This document shows, piece after piece, positions 16,565 through 24,991 of a stretch of DNA of 64,000 nucleotides. The position numbers and the translations under genes are program-made. Source of the stretch: Deltaproteobacteria bacterium. GTDB lineage: Bacteria > Myxococcota > Kuafuiibacteriia > Kuafuiibacteriales > Kuafuiibacteriaceae. Where the stretch lies: assembly GCA_040218735.1 (NCBI GenBank), contig JAVJQW010000027.1, positions 7,518 to 71,517 of the forward strand. Direction: 5' to 3'. The notes beneath the pieces are model-generated. The model ran no database searches. It had not been told where the DNA came from and worked only from the letters and a program-made list of their open reading frames with translations. Positions within the stretch are counted from its first letter, which is position 1. Every line of letters begins with the position of its first letter.

Positions 16565-17646
16565 ACCGAGTCCTGATCGTCGATGGCGACGTCGACACCC
16601 TCCGCCGCGCGCGCGCCGGGTTGTTGGTGCACGGCTTCTCGGTGCTGACCGCGACGAACCGCGAGGAGGCGTTGGAGCTGCTCTCGGCGAGCCCGGTCTC
16701 CGTGATGGTCGTGGAGCACGCGTTGGAAGGGCGGACCGGGCACAAACTGATCGAAGAGGTGCGGCGCCGGTGGTCGTCGACGGCGTGTGTGCTCGCGGTG
16801 ACGAACGAGGACGGTCGTCGCGTGGCGCGCGAGGTGGGCGCGTCGCGCGTCGTGGCGAAGCCGTACGACAACGACCGCCTGGTCAACGTGCTGGCGTCGC
16901 TGCGCGGCGGCGCCGGATTCACCGGCACGGGCCTGACGGGGTTCAACCTCACGGACCTGTTGCAGCTGGTGTCGATGTCCGGGCAGGCGATGACCTTGCG
17001 CGTGAACCGGGGTGACGAAGACGGGGAGATGTGTGTCTCGAACGGTCGCCTCGTGCACGCGCGTGCGGGTGACATGTCCGGCGTGGACGCGGGGCTCGAG
17101 ATGTTGTCGTGGACCGACGGTGAGGTCGCGTCGTCGCCCGAGGTTTTGCCGGAGCCGCAGTGGACGTCGGACCTCCCGGTGATGGAGCTGCTGATGAACG
17201 CGGCGCGCCACCGGGACGAGCAGGTGGCTGGGCAACAACGCAAGCGAACGCAGGCCGCGCTGCGTGGGTTGGTGGCGTTGGACGGGGTGCTCGCGAGCGT
17301 CGTGTACGCGCGGCCGTCGTTCGACGAGCTGGTCGTCGCGACCTCGGAGGGGGCGCCCGAGCGCGACGCGGACCGTCGTTGGATCGTCCTCGCGTTGGAC
17401 GCGCTGAAAGAGGCCGATTCGTTCACTTCGATGCACTGGGACGGACCGCGGCACGGCATCACCGTCGTACCGATCCGAACGAACGGCGTCCTGGTGGTGT
17501 GGACGCAGGCGGGGGGCCGCCACGATCCCTACCGCTCGGTGCTCGACGATCTCCGCGTTCACCTCGAGGAGACGCTCGGTGAGATCGGCGAATCGTCTCA
17601 GGGCGCGGGTGGGCAGGTCTTGCGCGTCGTCCCCGAATCCGACTGA
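16561..17646 (+). CDS. Receiver-like (Asp->Glu at phospho-acceptor) + PATAN/DUF4388 + Roadblock-like C-terminal domain protein
   Basis: REC fold with 'VLIVDGD', 'VMVVEHALEGRTG' (E52 where the acceptor Asp is expected), 'LAVTNED' and 'VVAKPY'. PATAN segment 'GFNLTDLLQLVSMSGQAMTLRV...GRLVHARAG..SGVDAGLEMLSW'. C-terminal 'LDGVLASVVYAR ... GITVVPIRTNGVLVVWTQ' is Roadblock-like. Confidence 0.7.
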   Translation: MNRVLIVDGDVDTLRRARAGLLVHGFSVLTATNREEALELLSASPVSVMVVEHALEGRTGHKLIEEVRRRWSSTACVLAVTNEDGRRVAREVGASRVVAKPYDNDRLVNVLASLRGGAGFTGTGLTGFNLTDLLQLVSMSGQAMTLRVNRGDEDGEMCVSNGRLVHARAGDMSGVDAGLEMLSWTDGEVASSPEVLPEPQWTSDLPVMELLMNAARHRDEQVAGQQRKRTQAALRGLVALDGVLASVVYARPSFDELVVATSEGAPERDADRRWIVLALDALKEADSFTSMHWDGPRHGITVVPIRTNGVLVVWTQAGGRHDPYRSVLDDLRVHLEETLGEIGESSQGAGGQVLRVVPESD

Positions 17647-17689
17647 GGCCTCGACCTCGACGCGGGGAGCGGCTTAGTCTCCGCGCGCC

Positions 17690-18607
17690 ATGATGGTCTC
17701 GAACGAAGGCTCCATTTGGGGCCTGCTCGCCTGGCAGTGGAAGAACACGCTGATCTTCACGGTCGCGTCGACGATCGCGTTCGTGATCTACGAGGTGCTC
17801 GGCTACACGTGGTTCAAGCTCCCCGCGCTCCCGCTCGGCGTGGTGGGTGGCGCCATCGGCATCTTCGTGAGCTTCAGGACGAACTCGGCGTACGACCGCT
17901 GGTGGGAGGGCCGAAAGCTGTGGGGGCGCATGATCAACACGTCCCGGCACTGGGGCCTGCAGGTCATGGCGTACCTTCCGAAGGCGGAGGGGGGCGCGGT
18001 CAGTGAGACGCAGCAGCGGCTGATTCGTCGGCACATCGCGTACGTCCACACGCTGCGCTGTGCGCTGCGCGGGCAGAAGCCGTTCGACGACGAGGACTTC
18101 AAGCAGGCGCTCCCCGATGACGCCGAAGCACTCCAGTCCGAGAGCAACCTCAACACGGCGCTGCTCGGCCGCCAGCTCGCGGACGTCAAGGCGCTCGCGC
18201 AGGAGGCGAAGATCGATTCGTTCGAGCTGTCGAACCTGGACCTGTCGATCCGACACCTCCTCGACATTCAGGGCGGGTGCGAGCGCATCAAGAAGACGCC
18301 GATGCCGCGCGGCTACGCCTTCATCGCGGAGCGCCTCGTGCGTTACTTCTCGTTCCTCTTCCCGCTCGCGCTCGTCGCCGACCTCCACGCGTGGGTCATC
18401 CCGATCAACTTGCTCGTCTGCATGGCGTTTGCGTTGATCAGCGAGGCGGGGCGCGTGTTGGAAGATCCGTTCACGCTCTTCTGGAACGGCCTGCCGCTGA
18501 TGGCGATCAGCCGCATGATCGAGGTGAACCTCGAGGAGCGCATGGAGACGCCACGCGACCAGCTGAAGCCCATGCTCGCGCCGAACGAGAAGGGCATCCT
18601 CATGTAG
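17690..18607 (+). CDS. Bestrophin-family (YneE/UPF0187) anion channel
   Basis: 'FVSFRTNSAYDRWWEGRKLWGRMINTSR' and 'GCERIKKTPMPRGYAF' are family hallmarks. About 4 TM helices. Confidence 0.8.
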   Translation: MMVSNEGSIWGLLAWQWKNTLIFTVASTIAFVIYEVLGYTWFKLPALPLGVVGGAIGIFVSFRTNSAYDRWWEGRKLWGRMINTSRHWGLQVMAYLPKAEGGAVSETQQRLIRRHIAYVHTLRCALRGQKPFDDEDFKQALPDDAEALQSESNLNTALLGRQLADVKALAQEAKIDSFELSNLDLSIRHLLDIQGGCERIKKTPMPRGYAFIAERLVRYFSFLFPLALVADLHAWVIPINLLVCMAFALISEAGRVLEDPFTLFWNGLPLMAISRMIEVNLEERMETPRDQLKPMLAPNEKGILM

Positions 18608-20474
18608 CGCGCGGGCGGGTCGTGCCCCAGACCAACACCTGGATCGCGACCACCGCCACGAGTGTCAGCGCGACCGCGTGGGAGATGTAACGCGGCCACA
18701 CCGCACCGGCGCAGGCGCCCGCGAGCGCCGCGGCGGACGAGAGCAACGTGCGACGATCCATCGTGACGGCGAGGATGCCGAGGCCGGTGGCGAGGAGGAG
18801 GAGGTCCTGGACGAGGACCTTCTCGATCGGGACGTCCATCACGATCGACAGCCACAGGTGAATCGGCGCGACGATGCCGAGGGTGAGGATCGAGAACCCG
18901 ATCTTCTTCGCCGCCTGATTTGCGAACAGCGTGCGCCGGAAGAGCGCGCCGACGATCACGACGACGGACAACAACCCGAGGCGGCCGCTCATCCAGGCCC
19001 GCTCGCCGCCGAGGTCGAGCCACTCCAGGAGGTATAGGCCGCTTACGGCGATGCCGCAGGTGATGCCGAGCGCGGTGTACGCGCGGGCGCGTCCGCCGGC
19101 GGCGACGTCGAGGTCGGCCTCGAGATCTTGGAGCTGACGGAAGCGCTCCTCCTGTTGCGCCTCTTCCGCCTTCAGCGCGTCGAGGCGCGCGGGGAGGTCG
19201 CCGCGATCCTCCTGGGCGAGCTCCGCGATCAAGAGCTCGGCGCCCTCGGCGTTGTCGCGTTGGAGCTCGTGCGCGGCCATCAGCGCGATCGCCGCGGCGA
19301 GCCCGGCGTTCGCGTCGGGGAGGTCGGGCGTGACGCGGAGCGCTTCTTCGTACGCGAAGCGGCACTCGCCAAAGATGCGGTACTGCGCGACGCGATCGTC
19401 GACGAGGGTCTCGAGGCGACGGTGTTTGTCGCGGGCCTGCCGGACGAGGTCGACGGAGGAGCGCGTCTGGAGGAAGTCGAGGAGCGCGACGCGGAGCTGT
19501 TCGGGATCTTCGTAGCGATCGTTCGGTTTCGGTGCGAGCGCGCGGCGCGCGATGTCGACGAGCGCGTCGGGCGTGCCTTCGGGGTACGTGTACTCGGTCG
19601 CGAAGCTCTGCAGCAGAACGGCGATGAGGTCGCCGCCGCGGTGCGGGGGAGCGCCGGTGAGCATGTGATGGAGCAGGCCGCCGAGGAGGTACACGTCGGT
19701 GCGTGGTCCGACGTAACCCGCGGTCGCGTCGATCATCTCCGGTGCGAGGTACGCGGGTGTCCCGACGAGCGCCATGGGGCGCCCGGCTTCGCGGTCGTCG
19801 CGGAGGTCGTCGATGCGCACCGCGATGCCCCAGTCCAGGAGGTAGACCTCGCCGAAGTCACCGACCATGACGTTCTCGGGTTTGATGTCGCGGTGGAGGT
19901 AGCCGTGCCGGTGCGCGAAGTGCACCGCGTTGGCGACCTGCATGAGCACTTGCAGGCACCAGTCGAGGCGCGCGCCGCGGACCATCGCCCAGCGCGCGTG
20001 GTCGGGGTCGTCGAGCATCGACGACAGCGGGGTGCCGTCGATGCGTTTCATCATCAGCAGCGGCCGGCCGTCGACGTCGCGGCCGAGGAGGTGCACCGGC
20101 GGGATGTTCGGGTGTTCCAGCGCGCCGATGATGCGGGCTTCGCGGAGGAGGCCGGCGCGTGCGCCGGGGGAGTGGAGCTCGTGCAGGCGTTTGACGGCGA
20201 CTTCGCGACCGAGCGCGACTTGCCACGCGCTGCGGACGACGCCCATGCCGCCGCGCCCTAGCTCCCGTCCGAGGATCAGCTCGGTGGTCCTGAGGTCCGC
20301 GTCGCGTTCGCCGACGCGGACCGCGGTGAGCGGCTCGTCCTCCGGGAACATCGGCGTCGGTGCGGGACGGATGGAGAGGAGCGGGTCGGCGGACTGGTGG
20401 GTGTCGAGGAGGCCGACGTCGTCGAGGGCGGTGCGGATCGTCTCCTCGTAGGACACCGCCACCAAGGCTATCAC
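18600..20474 (-). CDS. Ser/Thr protein kinase with a C-terminal multi-TM domain
   Basis: 'GRELGRGGMGVV...VAVKRL', 'HRDIKPENVM', 'DWGIA', 'GTPAYLAPE'. About 6 TM helices at the C-terminus. The start is taken as the GTG overlapping the upstream stop (GTGA at 20471-20474). An alternative ATG lies at 20351. Confidence 0.8.
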   Translation of the reverse strand: MIALVAVSYEETIRTALDDVGLLDTHQSADPLLSIRPAPTPMFPEDEPLTAVRVGERDADLRTTELILGRELGRGGMGVVRSAWQVALGREVAVKRLHELHSPGARAGLLREARIIGALEHPNIPPVHLLGRDVDGRPLLMMKRIDGTPLSSMLDDPDHARWAMVRGARLDWCLQVLMQVANAVHFAHRHGYLHRDIKPENVMVGDFGEVYLLDWGIAVRIDDLRDDREAGRPMALVGTPAYLAPEMIDATAGYVGPRTDVYLLGGLLHHMLTGAPPHRGGDLIAVLLQSFATEYTYPEGTPDALVDIARRALAPKPNDRYEDPEQLRVALLDFLQTRSSVDLVRQARDKHRRLETLVDDRVAQYRIFGECRFAYEEALRVTPDLPDANAGLAAAIALMAAHELQRDNAEGAELLIAELAQEDRGDLPARLDALKAEEAQQEERFRQLQDLEADLDVAAGGRARAYTALGITCGIAVSGLYLLEWLDLGGERAWMSGRLGLLSVVVIVGALFRRTLFANQAAKKIGFSILTLGIVAPIHLWLSIVMDVPIEKVLVQDLLLLATGLGILAVTMDRRTLLSSAAALAGACAGAVWPRYISHAVALTLVAVVAIQVLVWGTTRPRAT

Positions 20475-20842
20475 TGGCCGTTTTCGCGCCGCCAGCAGGT
20501 GAACTGGGCGTTGGACGTGGAGCCCATTGCCGCGCAGAACGTGGCGTAGTCGAAGCCGGGGAGGGCGAGCAGCCGATCGAGCAGGGCGTCCTTCACGGCG
20601 CCGCCGGGCAGCGCGCAGCCGGAGGCCGGGCGGCCGTCCTCGTCGAAGGCGCCGACCAGGAGCCAGAAGACGTCCTCGGCGAAGGGGCCCTCGTCGGTGG
20701 TCATTACGGTGACCTCCGACAGCTCGTCCCAGCGGACGTACTCGAACGAGCCGTCGGCGCGGGACACCGAGACGCCGAGGTCGTCGTGGTCGAGGCGCGG
20801 TCCGGGGTTGGGGGTGAACAGGCGTTTGATCGTCTCGAACAT
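20471..20842 (-). CDS. Hypothetical protein (first gene of the kinase operon)
   Basis: Clean codon bias. ATG start next to an AT-rich promoter region. No recognisable motif. Confidence 0.6.
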   Translation of the reverse strand: MFETIKRLFTPNPGPRLDHDDLGVSVSRADGSFEYVRWDELSEVTVMTTDEGPFAEDVFWLLVGAFDEDGRPASGCALPGGAVKDALLDRLLALPGFDYATFCAAMGSTSNAQFTCWRRENGQ

Positions 20843-20865
20843 GAATACATCGTTGCCTTGATAAA

Positions 20866-20877
20866 TTGGGTATCCAA
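20866..20877. promoter_or_regulatory. Near-palindrome TTGGGTATCCAA, candidate TetR operator
   Basis: 5 of 6 palindromic pairs. It sits inside the unusually AT-rich 46-nt divergent spacer (TTGATAAATTGGGTATCCAACCAGTAAAC) between 20842(-) and the TetR gene at 20889(+). Confidence 0.3.
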
Positions 20878-20888
20878 CCAGTAAACCG

Positions 20889-21470
20889 ATGGCGATGGCT
20901 CGCCCCTCGAATCGATTCGAACGTCGCGCCGAGCTCGTTCGGGCACTCGAACAGGTCCTCGCGGAGCACGGCCTCGGTGGCGCTACCGTCGCGCGCGTCG
21001 CGGACGTGATGGGCTGCGCGCCCGGGCTGGTGCACCACCACTTCTCGGGTCGCGAGGAGCTGATGCGAGAGCTCGCGCGTTCGCTCGTCGAACGCTTCCG
21101 TCATCAGCTCCCGAACGAAAAGGACCCGGCGGCCTTCTTGGAGGCCTACGTCGACGCTGCCGTCGCGCTCCGGCCGTCGCGCGGTCGAACGGCGGCGCGC
21201 GCGTGGGTCGGCCTGTTCGCGGAGGCGGTGTGCACCGCGTCCGTACGCAGGGTCGTGCAACGTGCCTTGCAGACGGAGGTGCAGCGCCTGGAGTCACGCT
21301 TCGCCGCGCTGGGGGACGACCCGCAGCGCGCGAAGGAGAACGCGGCGGGGCTCGTGTCCGGAGTCGTGGGGTGCCTGGTGTTCGGCGCGATCGTCCCGAA
21401 CACCGCGGTGGGGTTCGCGGCGCCTTACCTGCGCCGGGTCATCGCACGGCGATCGTCGCCGTCGTCGTGA
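20889..21470 (+). CDS. TetR/AcrR-family transcriptional regulator
   Basis: N-terminal HTH 'LGGATVARVADVMGCAPGLVHHHFSGREELM'. Confidence 0.8.
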   Translation: MAMARPSNRFERRAELVRALEQVLAEHGLGGATVARVADVMGCAPGLVHHHFSGREELMRELARSLVERFRHQLPNEKDPAAFLEAYVDAAVALRPSRGRTAARAWVGLFAEAVCTASVRRVVQRALQTEVQRLESRFAALGDDPQRAKENAAGLVSGVVGCLVFGAIVPNTAVGFAAPYLRRVIARRSSPSS

Positions 21471-22677
21471 GGAAGTGCTGGCCCGCGACGTACTTCCCTT
21501 CGAGGTCGTGGTACGCGAGGTTCTTCTCGTTGATCCGGAAGCGGCTCGCCTTCAGCGTCACGTAGATCGGCCCGGCCTTCGGCGCGGTGAAACGGAGGAT
21601 TCCTTCGCGCGCTTCCTTCGGCTTCAGGCGGTTGTCGCTGAGTTTCTTCACCTCGGGTGACCACTGGTAGACCGACCCGATCTCGAACTGATCGCGAATG
21701 AGCGGCCCGCCGTCCGTGCGCGCTTCGAGCTCGATGCGAATGAAACGCTCCGGATCTCCCGACGGGAGCATGTGCCCCGTGTTGGCGTTGGCGTAGCGAT
21801 ACGTGATGCCGAGCGGCTGCGTCGGCTGGACCTCGTCGGGCGCGTTCACCCACGTGGCCTCCAGGCCCGGCGGGTAGTGCGCGCGCAGCTTCGCGAGCTC
21901 GTCCGTGAAGCGCGGGTGTTTGGGGATCAGCGAGCCCCCGAACCAGTGGCGTCGCGTCTTGCGTGGCTTTCCGTTCGTGGCGATCGGGCGCGTCACCTCG
22001 GGCATGTGGCACGACTGACACGTCTTGCCCGCCTCGTCGTAGTCGGACGCGGCGTACTCCTGCCCGGTGTCGAACACACACGCGAGCGCGATGTGCCGCC
22101 ACTCGGCCTTCGCCTGGTGGCACTGCGTGCACACGTCGACCTTCAGCAGGGACGGGTCCTTCTTCACCGGGTGCGGCGCGATGGTGTCGCCGTACGGGCC
22201 GAGGATCTGCCCGTCCTTCACGTGGCAGGTTCCGCAGGTGATCGCGTCCTTTTGGAGCGCCTCCGAGAAGCGCGGGTTGTCGACGAAGATCGGCTTTTCG
22301 ACCGCGCCGTCCTCGAGCTTCGCCACGAGACGCGGGAGCTGATTCACCATCGGCGTGTGGCAGTTGACGCACATCCAGCCGACGCCCTGTCCGTTGGACT
22401 TCTCGAGCTCGGCCATGAACTGCGCGTCGTCCGTCCACGCGCGGGCGTGGGTGGAGATCTTCCACTCCTCGTAGATCTCGACGTGACACTTCCCGCAGGT
22501 CGCCGCCTCCAGATCCGGGAGCCCCTCCGGGACCTCGGAGTAGGCGACGGGCTGCAGGAAGCGCGGCTGCGCTGCGTAGAAGGCGACGGCGTCGTCGTAA
22601 CCGAGCGAGCGCGCCTTGGACGTGGTCTTCGTACAACCCGCCGCGCCGACGACGACCAGCAGGAGGAGCGGTCTCAT
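21439..22677 (-). CDS. Pentaheme c-type cytochrome lipoprotein
   Basis: The internal ATG gives 'MRPLLLLVVVGAAGC' (lipobox). There are five CxxCH motifs: CGKCH, CVNCH, CGTCH, CTQCH, CQSCH. ATGA overlap with the upstream gene's stop. Confidence 0.8.
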   Translation of the reverse strand: MRPLLLLVVVGAAGCTKTTSKARSLGYDDAVAFYAAQPRFLQPVAYSEVPEGLPDLEAATCGKCHVEIYEEWKISTHARAWTDDAQFMAELEKSNGQGVGWMCVNCHTPMVNQLPRLVAKLEDGAVEKPIFVDNPRFSEALQKDAITCGTCHVKDGQILGPYGDTIAPHPVKKDPSLLKVDVCTQCHQAKAEWRHIALACVFDTGQEYAASDYDEAGKTCQSCHMPEVTRPIATNGKPRKTRRHWFGGSLIPKHPRFTDELAKLRAHYPPGLEATWVNAPDEVQPTQPLGITYRYANANTGHMLPSGDPERFIRIELEARTDGGPLIRDQFEIGSVYQWSPEVKKLSDNRLKPKEAREGILRFTAPKAGPIYVTLKASRFRINEKNLAYHDLEGKYVAGQHFLTTTATIAVR

Positions 22678-23648
22678 ACGACGATCCGGTACGCCCGGTG
22701 GATCTTCTTGTTGCGGTAGTCGGAGGGGATCGTCTCCTTGGTGATCTCCTCGATCGACTTCACCTTCAGGTAGTCGAACCGCGGCTCGAACCGCTGGTGG
22801 TTCGTCGAGAAGTACACCACGCCCTTCTTGCGCATCACGCCGACGGTCGCCGCGAGGAGATCCGGGTGGTCCCGCTTGATGTCGAAGCGGTTGCGCCCGC
22901 GACCACCGCGCGTGGAGTAGGAAGGCGGGTCGACCACCGCGAGGTCGTAGCGCTGCGGCGACGCCTTCGCTTCGTCGAGCCACTCGAGGACGTCGTGTTT
23001 CACCAGCTCGTGTTTGCGTGAGTAGAGCCCGTTGAGCTGCAAGTTGTCTTTCGCCCAGTGCAGGTAGGGGCCGGAGAGGTCGACCGTCGTCGTGCGCTTC
23101 GCGCCGCCGAGCGCCGCGTAGCAGGTGAAGCTACCGGTGTACCCGAACAGGTTGAGGAACGACTTGTTCTTCGCTTCGTTCGCGATGAGCGCGCGGGTCT
23201 CGCGGTGATCGGCGAACAGGCCGGTGTCGACGTAGTCGTCGAGGTTCACGAGGAACTTCAGGTCACGCTCGCGGACCTCGATGCGCTTGCGCGAGCGCCC
23301 CTTGTCGTCGTAGCGGCGCCCCTTCTTCGGCTGCGTGCGGCGCGTCTTGAGGTGGATGCGTCCGGGCGCGATGCCGAGGGTGTCGGCGACGGCGCGGCCC
23401 ATGCGTCCGATCCAGTCCGGCACCTTGTCCGTCTGGTCGCGCGCGTACTCCGCGACGACGAGGTGGCCTTCGTACCAGTCGATCGCGGCGCGCACCTCCG
23501 GGATGTCCCAGTCGTACAGGCGGAAGACGCCGATGTTCTCCTGCTCGAACTTCTTCTGGAGTTTCCTCAGGTTCTTCTTCACCCGGTTCGCGAGGATCTC
23601 CGCGTGCCGGTCGACGTCTGCCTCGGTGAGTCCTGCGGGGCCTGCCAC
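22674..23648 (-). CDS. Class I SAM-dependent RNA methyltransferase (RlmK/RlmL C-terminal-domain-like)
   Basis: 'FLNLFGYTGSFT', 'TTVDLS', 'YDLAVVDPPSYS' (NPPY-like DPPS motif). The N-terminus 'VFRLYDWDIPEV..IDWYEGHLVVAEY' is typical of this family. Confidence 0.8.
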   Translation of the reverse strand: MAGPAGLTEADVDRHAEILANRVKKNLRKLQKKFEQENIGVFRLYDWDIPEVRAAIDWYEGHLVVAEYARDQTDKVPDWIGRMGRAVADTLGIAPGRIHLKTRRTQPKKGRRYDDKGRSRKRIEVRERDLKFLVNLDDYVDTGLFADHRETRALIANEAKNKSFLNLFGYTGSFTCYAALGGAKRTTTVDLSGPYLHWAKDNLQLNGLYSRKHELVKHDVLEWLDEAKASPQRYDLAVVDPPSYSTRGGRGRNRFDIKRDHPDLLAATVGVMRKKGVVYFSTNHQRFEPRFDYLKVKSIEEITKETIPSDYRNKKIHRAYRIVV

Positions 23649-23699
23649 TTCGCCGACAACGAGCCACGCCGCGCCCGGCCGGTCAACTTCGCTCGTACT

Positions 23700-23930
23700 T
23701 CACACGCCGTAGATCGTCGCGCAGATCGAAAACGCCCAGAACAGATACGCGGCGGAGACGCCGCACAGGCCCGCGGGTTCCACGAAGCGGTCGTAGATCC
23801 GGAGCCACTTCGACTCCGAGCGCTGCATCGCGCGGTGGGCGCGGACGCGGATGTGCTCGCGTCGCCAGTCGTCGACGTCCTCCTCGGGGAGGTCGGCGAG
23901 TCGTTCGAGGATCGGGTCGGAGTCGTTCAT
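23700..23930 (-). CDS. Putative anti-sigma factor (small, single C-terminal TM)
   Basis: ATGA-coupled to the ECF sigma gene. 76 aa, with a C-terminal hydrophobic helix GLCGVSAAYLFWAFSICATIYGV. Confidence 0.5.
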   Translation of the reverse strand: MNDSDPILERLADLPEEDVDDWRREHIRVRAHRAMQRSESKWLRIYDRFVEPAGLCGVSAAYLFWAFSICATIYGV

Positions 23931-24487
23931 GACGTCCCTCGTGGCTCGAGGCGTTGGGCGAGCATCTCGCGCGCGCGGCGGAGACGCTGGCGGAGCGCTT
24001 CGGGCTTGATGTTGACGATGTCGGCTGCGGCGCAGGGCGACAAGCCCTCCACGGCGACGAGGAGGATCACCTCGCGGTACTTCACCGGGAGGGCGGCGAT
24101 CCCGCGTTCGAGCGCCTCGTGGGTCTGCCGTGCCGAGGAGCGTTGGAACGGCGTCACGGGTGCGGGCGGAGGGGCGCGGCGGAGCGTCCCGAGGCGATCG
24201 AGGTCGAGGAGCACCCAGCGGCGGTGGCTGACGAAGAGGTTACGCGCCACGGTGAAGAGCCAGGCCTGCAGGCGGGTGTCCTCGGCGAGCCCGGCGGACT
24301 TGGTGGCGAGGCGGAGGAAGGTCTCCTGGAGCAGGTCCTCGGCGAGCGCGCGCTGCTGGGTGAGGCGGAGGAGGAAGCCGAACACGCGGGGGCGGTAGAG
24401 GTCGTACGCCTCGTCGAACGCGGACGTCTCGCCGGCGCGCAGGCGGGCGACGAGCGTGGCGCCGTGTTCCGTGACCATCGCTCCCAT
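23927..24487 (-). CDS. ECF-type sigma-70 family RNA polymerase sigma factor
   Basis: Region 2 'FDEAYDLYRPRVFGFLLRL ... AEDLLQETFLRL'. Region 4 'YREVILLVAVEGLSPCAAADIVNIKPEALRQRLRRAR'. The start is ATG 24487 or 24478. Confidence 0.8.
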   Translation of the reverse strand: MGAMVTEHGATLVARLRAGETSAFDEAYDLYRPRVFGFLLRLTQQRALAEDLLQETFLRLATKSAGLAEDTRLQAWLFTVARNLFVSHRRWVLLDLDRLGTLRRAPPPAPVTPFQRSSARQTHEALERGIAALPVKYREVILLVAVEGLSPCAAADIVNIKPEALRQRLRRAREMLAQRLEPRGTS

Positions 24488-24588
24488 CGCGTTACAACCG
24501 GGTGAACGCCCCGCCGGGAGGAGCGTGACAAATTTTCTTGTCACGCGCAGGCGCCCCGAGCGTTGGGTGGGTCGGAGGTTCGACAGAC

Positions 24589-24951
24589 ATGCTTCAGTTC
24601 ATGCGCGCGGGTGGGTTCGGAATCTGGATCGTCCTGCTCTTCGGGATCATCATGCTCTTTTCATCGGCGCGGTTTGCGCTGAAGCCGGACGACGGGCGCG
24701 TGGGCTTCCTCCGGGGGATGTCGGCGGCGACGGTGTTCTCGATCTTCACCGCGGTCAGCTCGAACTTCGCGATGGTGATGTGGCGGGTGCCGAACGTCGA
24801 CGAGCTGGGCAAGAGCCCCGAGGTCCACCTGATCGTCATGATGGGCGTCGCGGAATCCCTGACGCCGGCGATCCTGGGCTCGGCGTTCCTGACGCTCGCT
24901 TGGCTCATGATTGCGGTCGGACACCGCCGAAACGCCCCGTCCTTCGCCTGA
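24589..24951 (+). CDS. Small 3-TM membrane protein (MotA/ExbB-like look, weak)
   Basis: 'MLQFMRAGGFGIWIVLLFGIIMLF' and two further TM helices. Codon bias is good. Confidence 0.55.
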   Translation: MLQFMRAGGFGIWIVLLFGIIMLFSSARFALKPDDGRVGFLRGMSAATVFSIFTAVSSNFAMVMWRVPNVDELGKSPEVHLIVMMGVAESLTPAILGSAFLTLAWLMIAVGHRRNAPSFA

Positions 24952-24991
24952 CGCGGGGAGTTCACACAACAAGGTAGGACACCGGCCGATA

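Noticed and set aside
16035-17562. Two overlapping minus-strand ORFs (475 and 366 aa)
   Set aside because: They are antisense to the V4R, small-ORF and PATAN genes, which have clear domain signatures and coupled start/stop codons. The translations are Arg/Ser/Pro-rich.
13027-17646. Considered whether the ParA/Roadblock cluster is a plasmid or chromosome partition (parAB) locus or a conservon (cvnABCD)
   Set aside because: No ParB/HTH centromere-binding gene or parS-like repeats follow the ATPase. Unlike conservons, there is no sensor histidine kinase, DUF742 protein or Ras-like GTPase. It is therefore kept as a distinct, undescribed module.
20475-21260. N-terminal 260-aa extension of the kinase ORF (18600-21260)
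   Set aside because: The extension overlaps the well-formed 123-aa gene (20471-20842) and the TetR gene on the other strand, and it is Arg/Pro-rich. The kinase start was placed at the GTGA junction (20474) or at ATG 20351.
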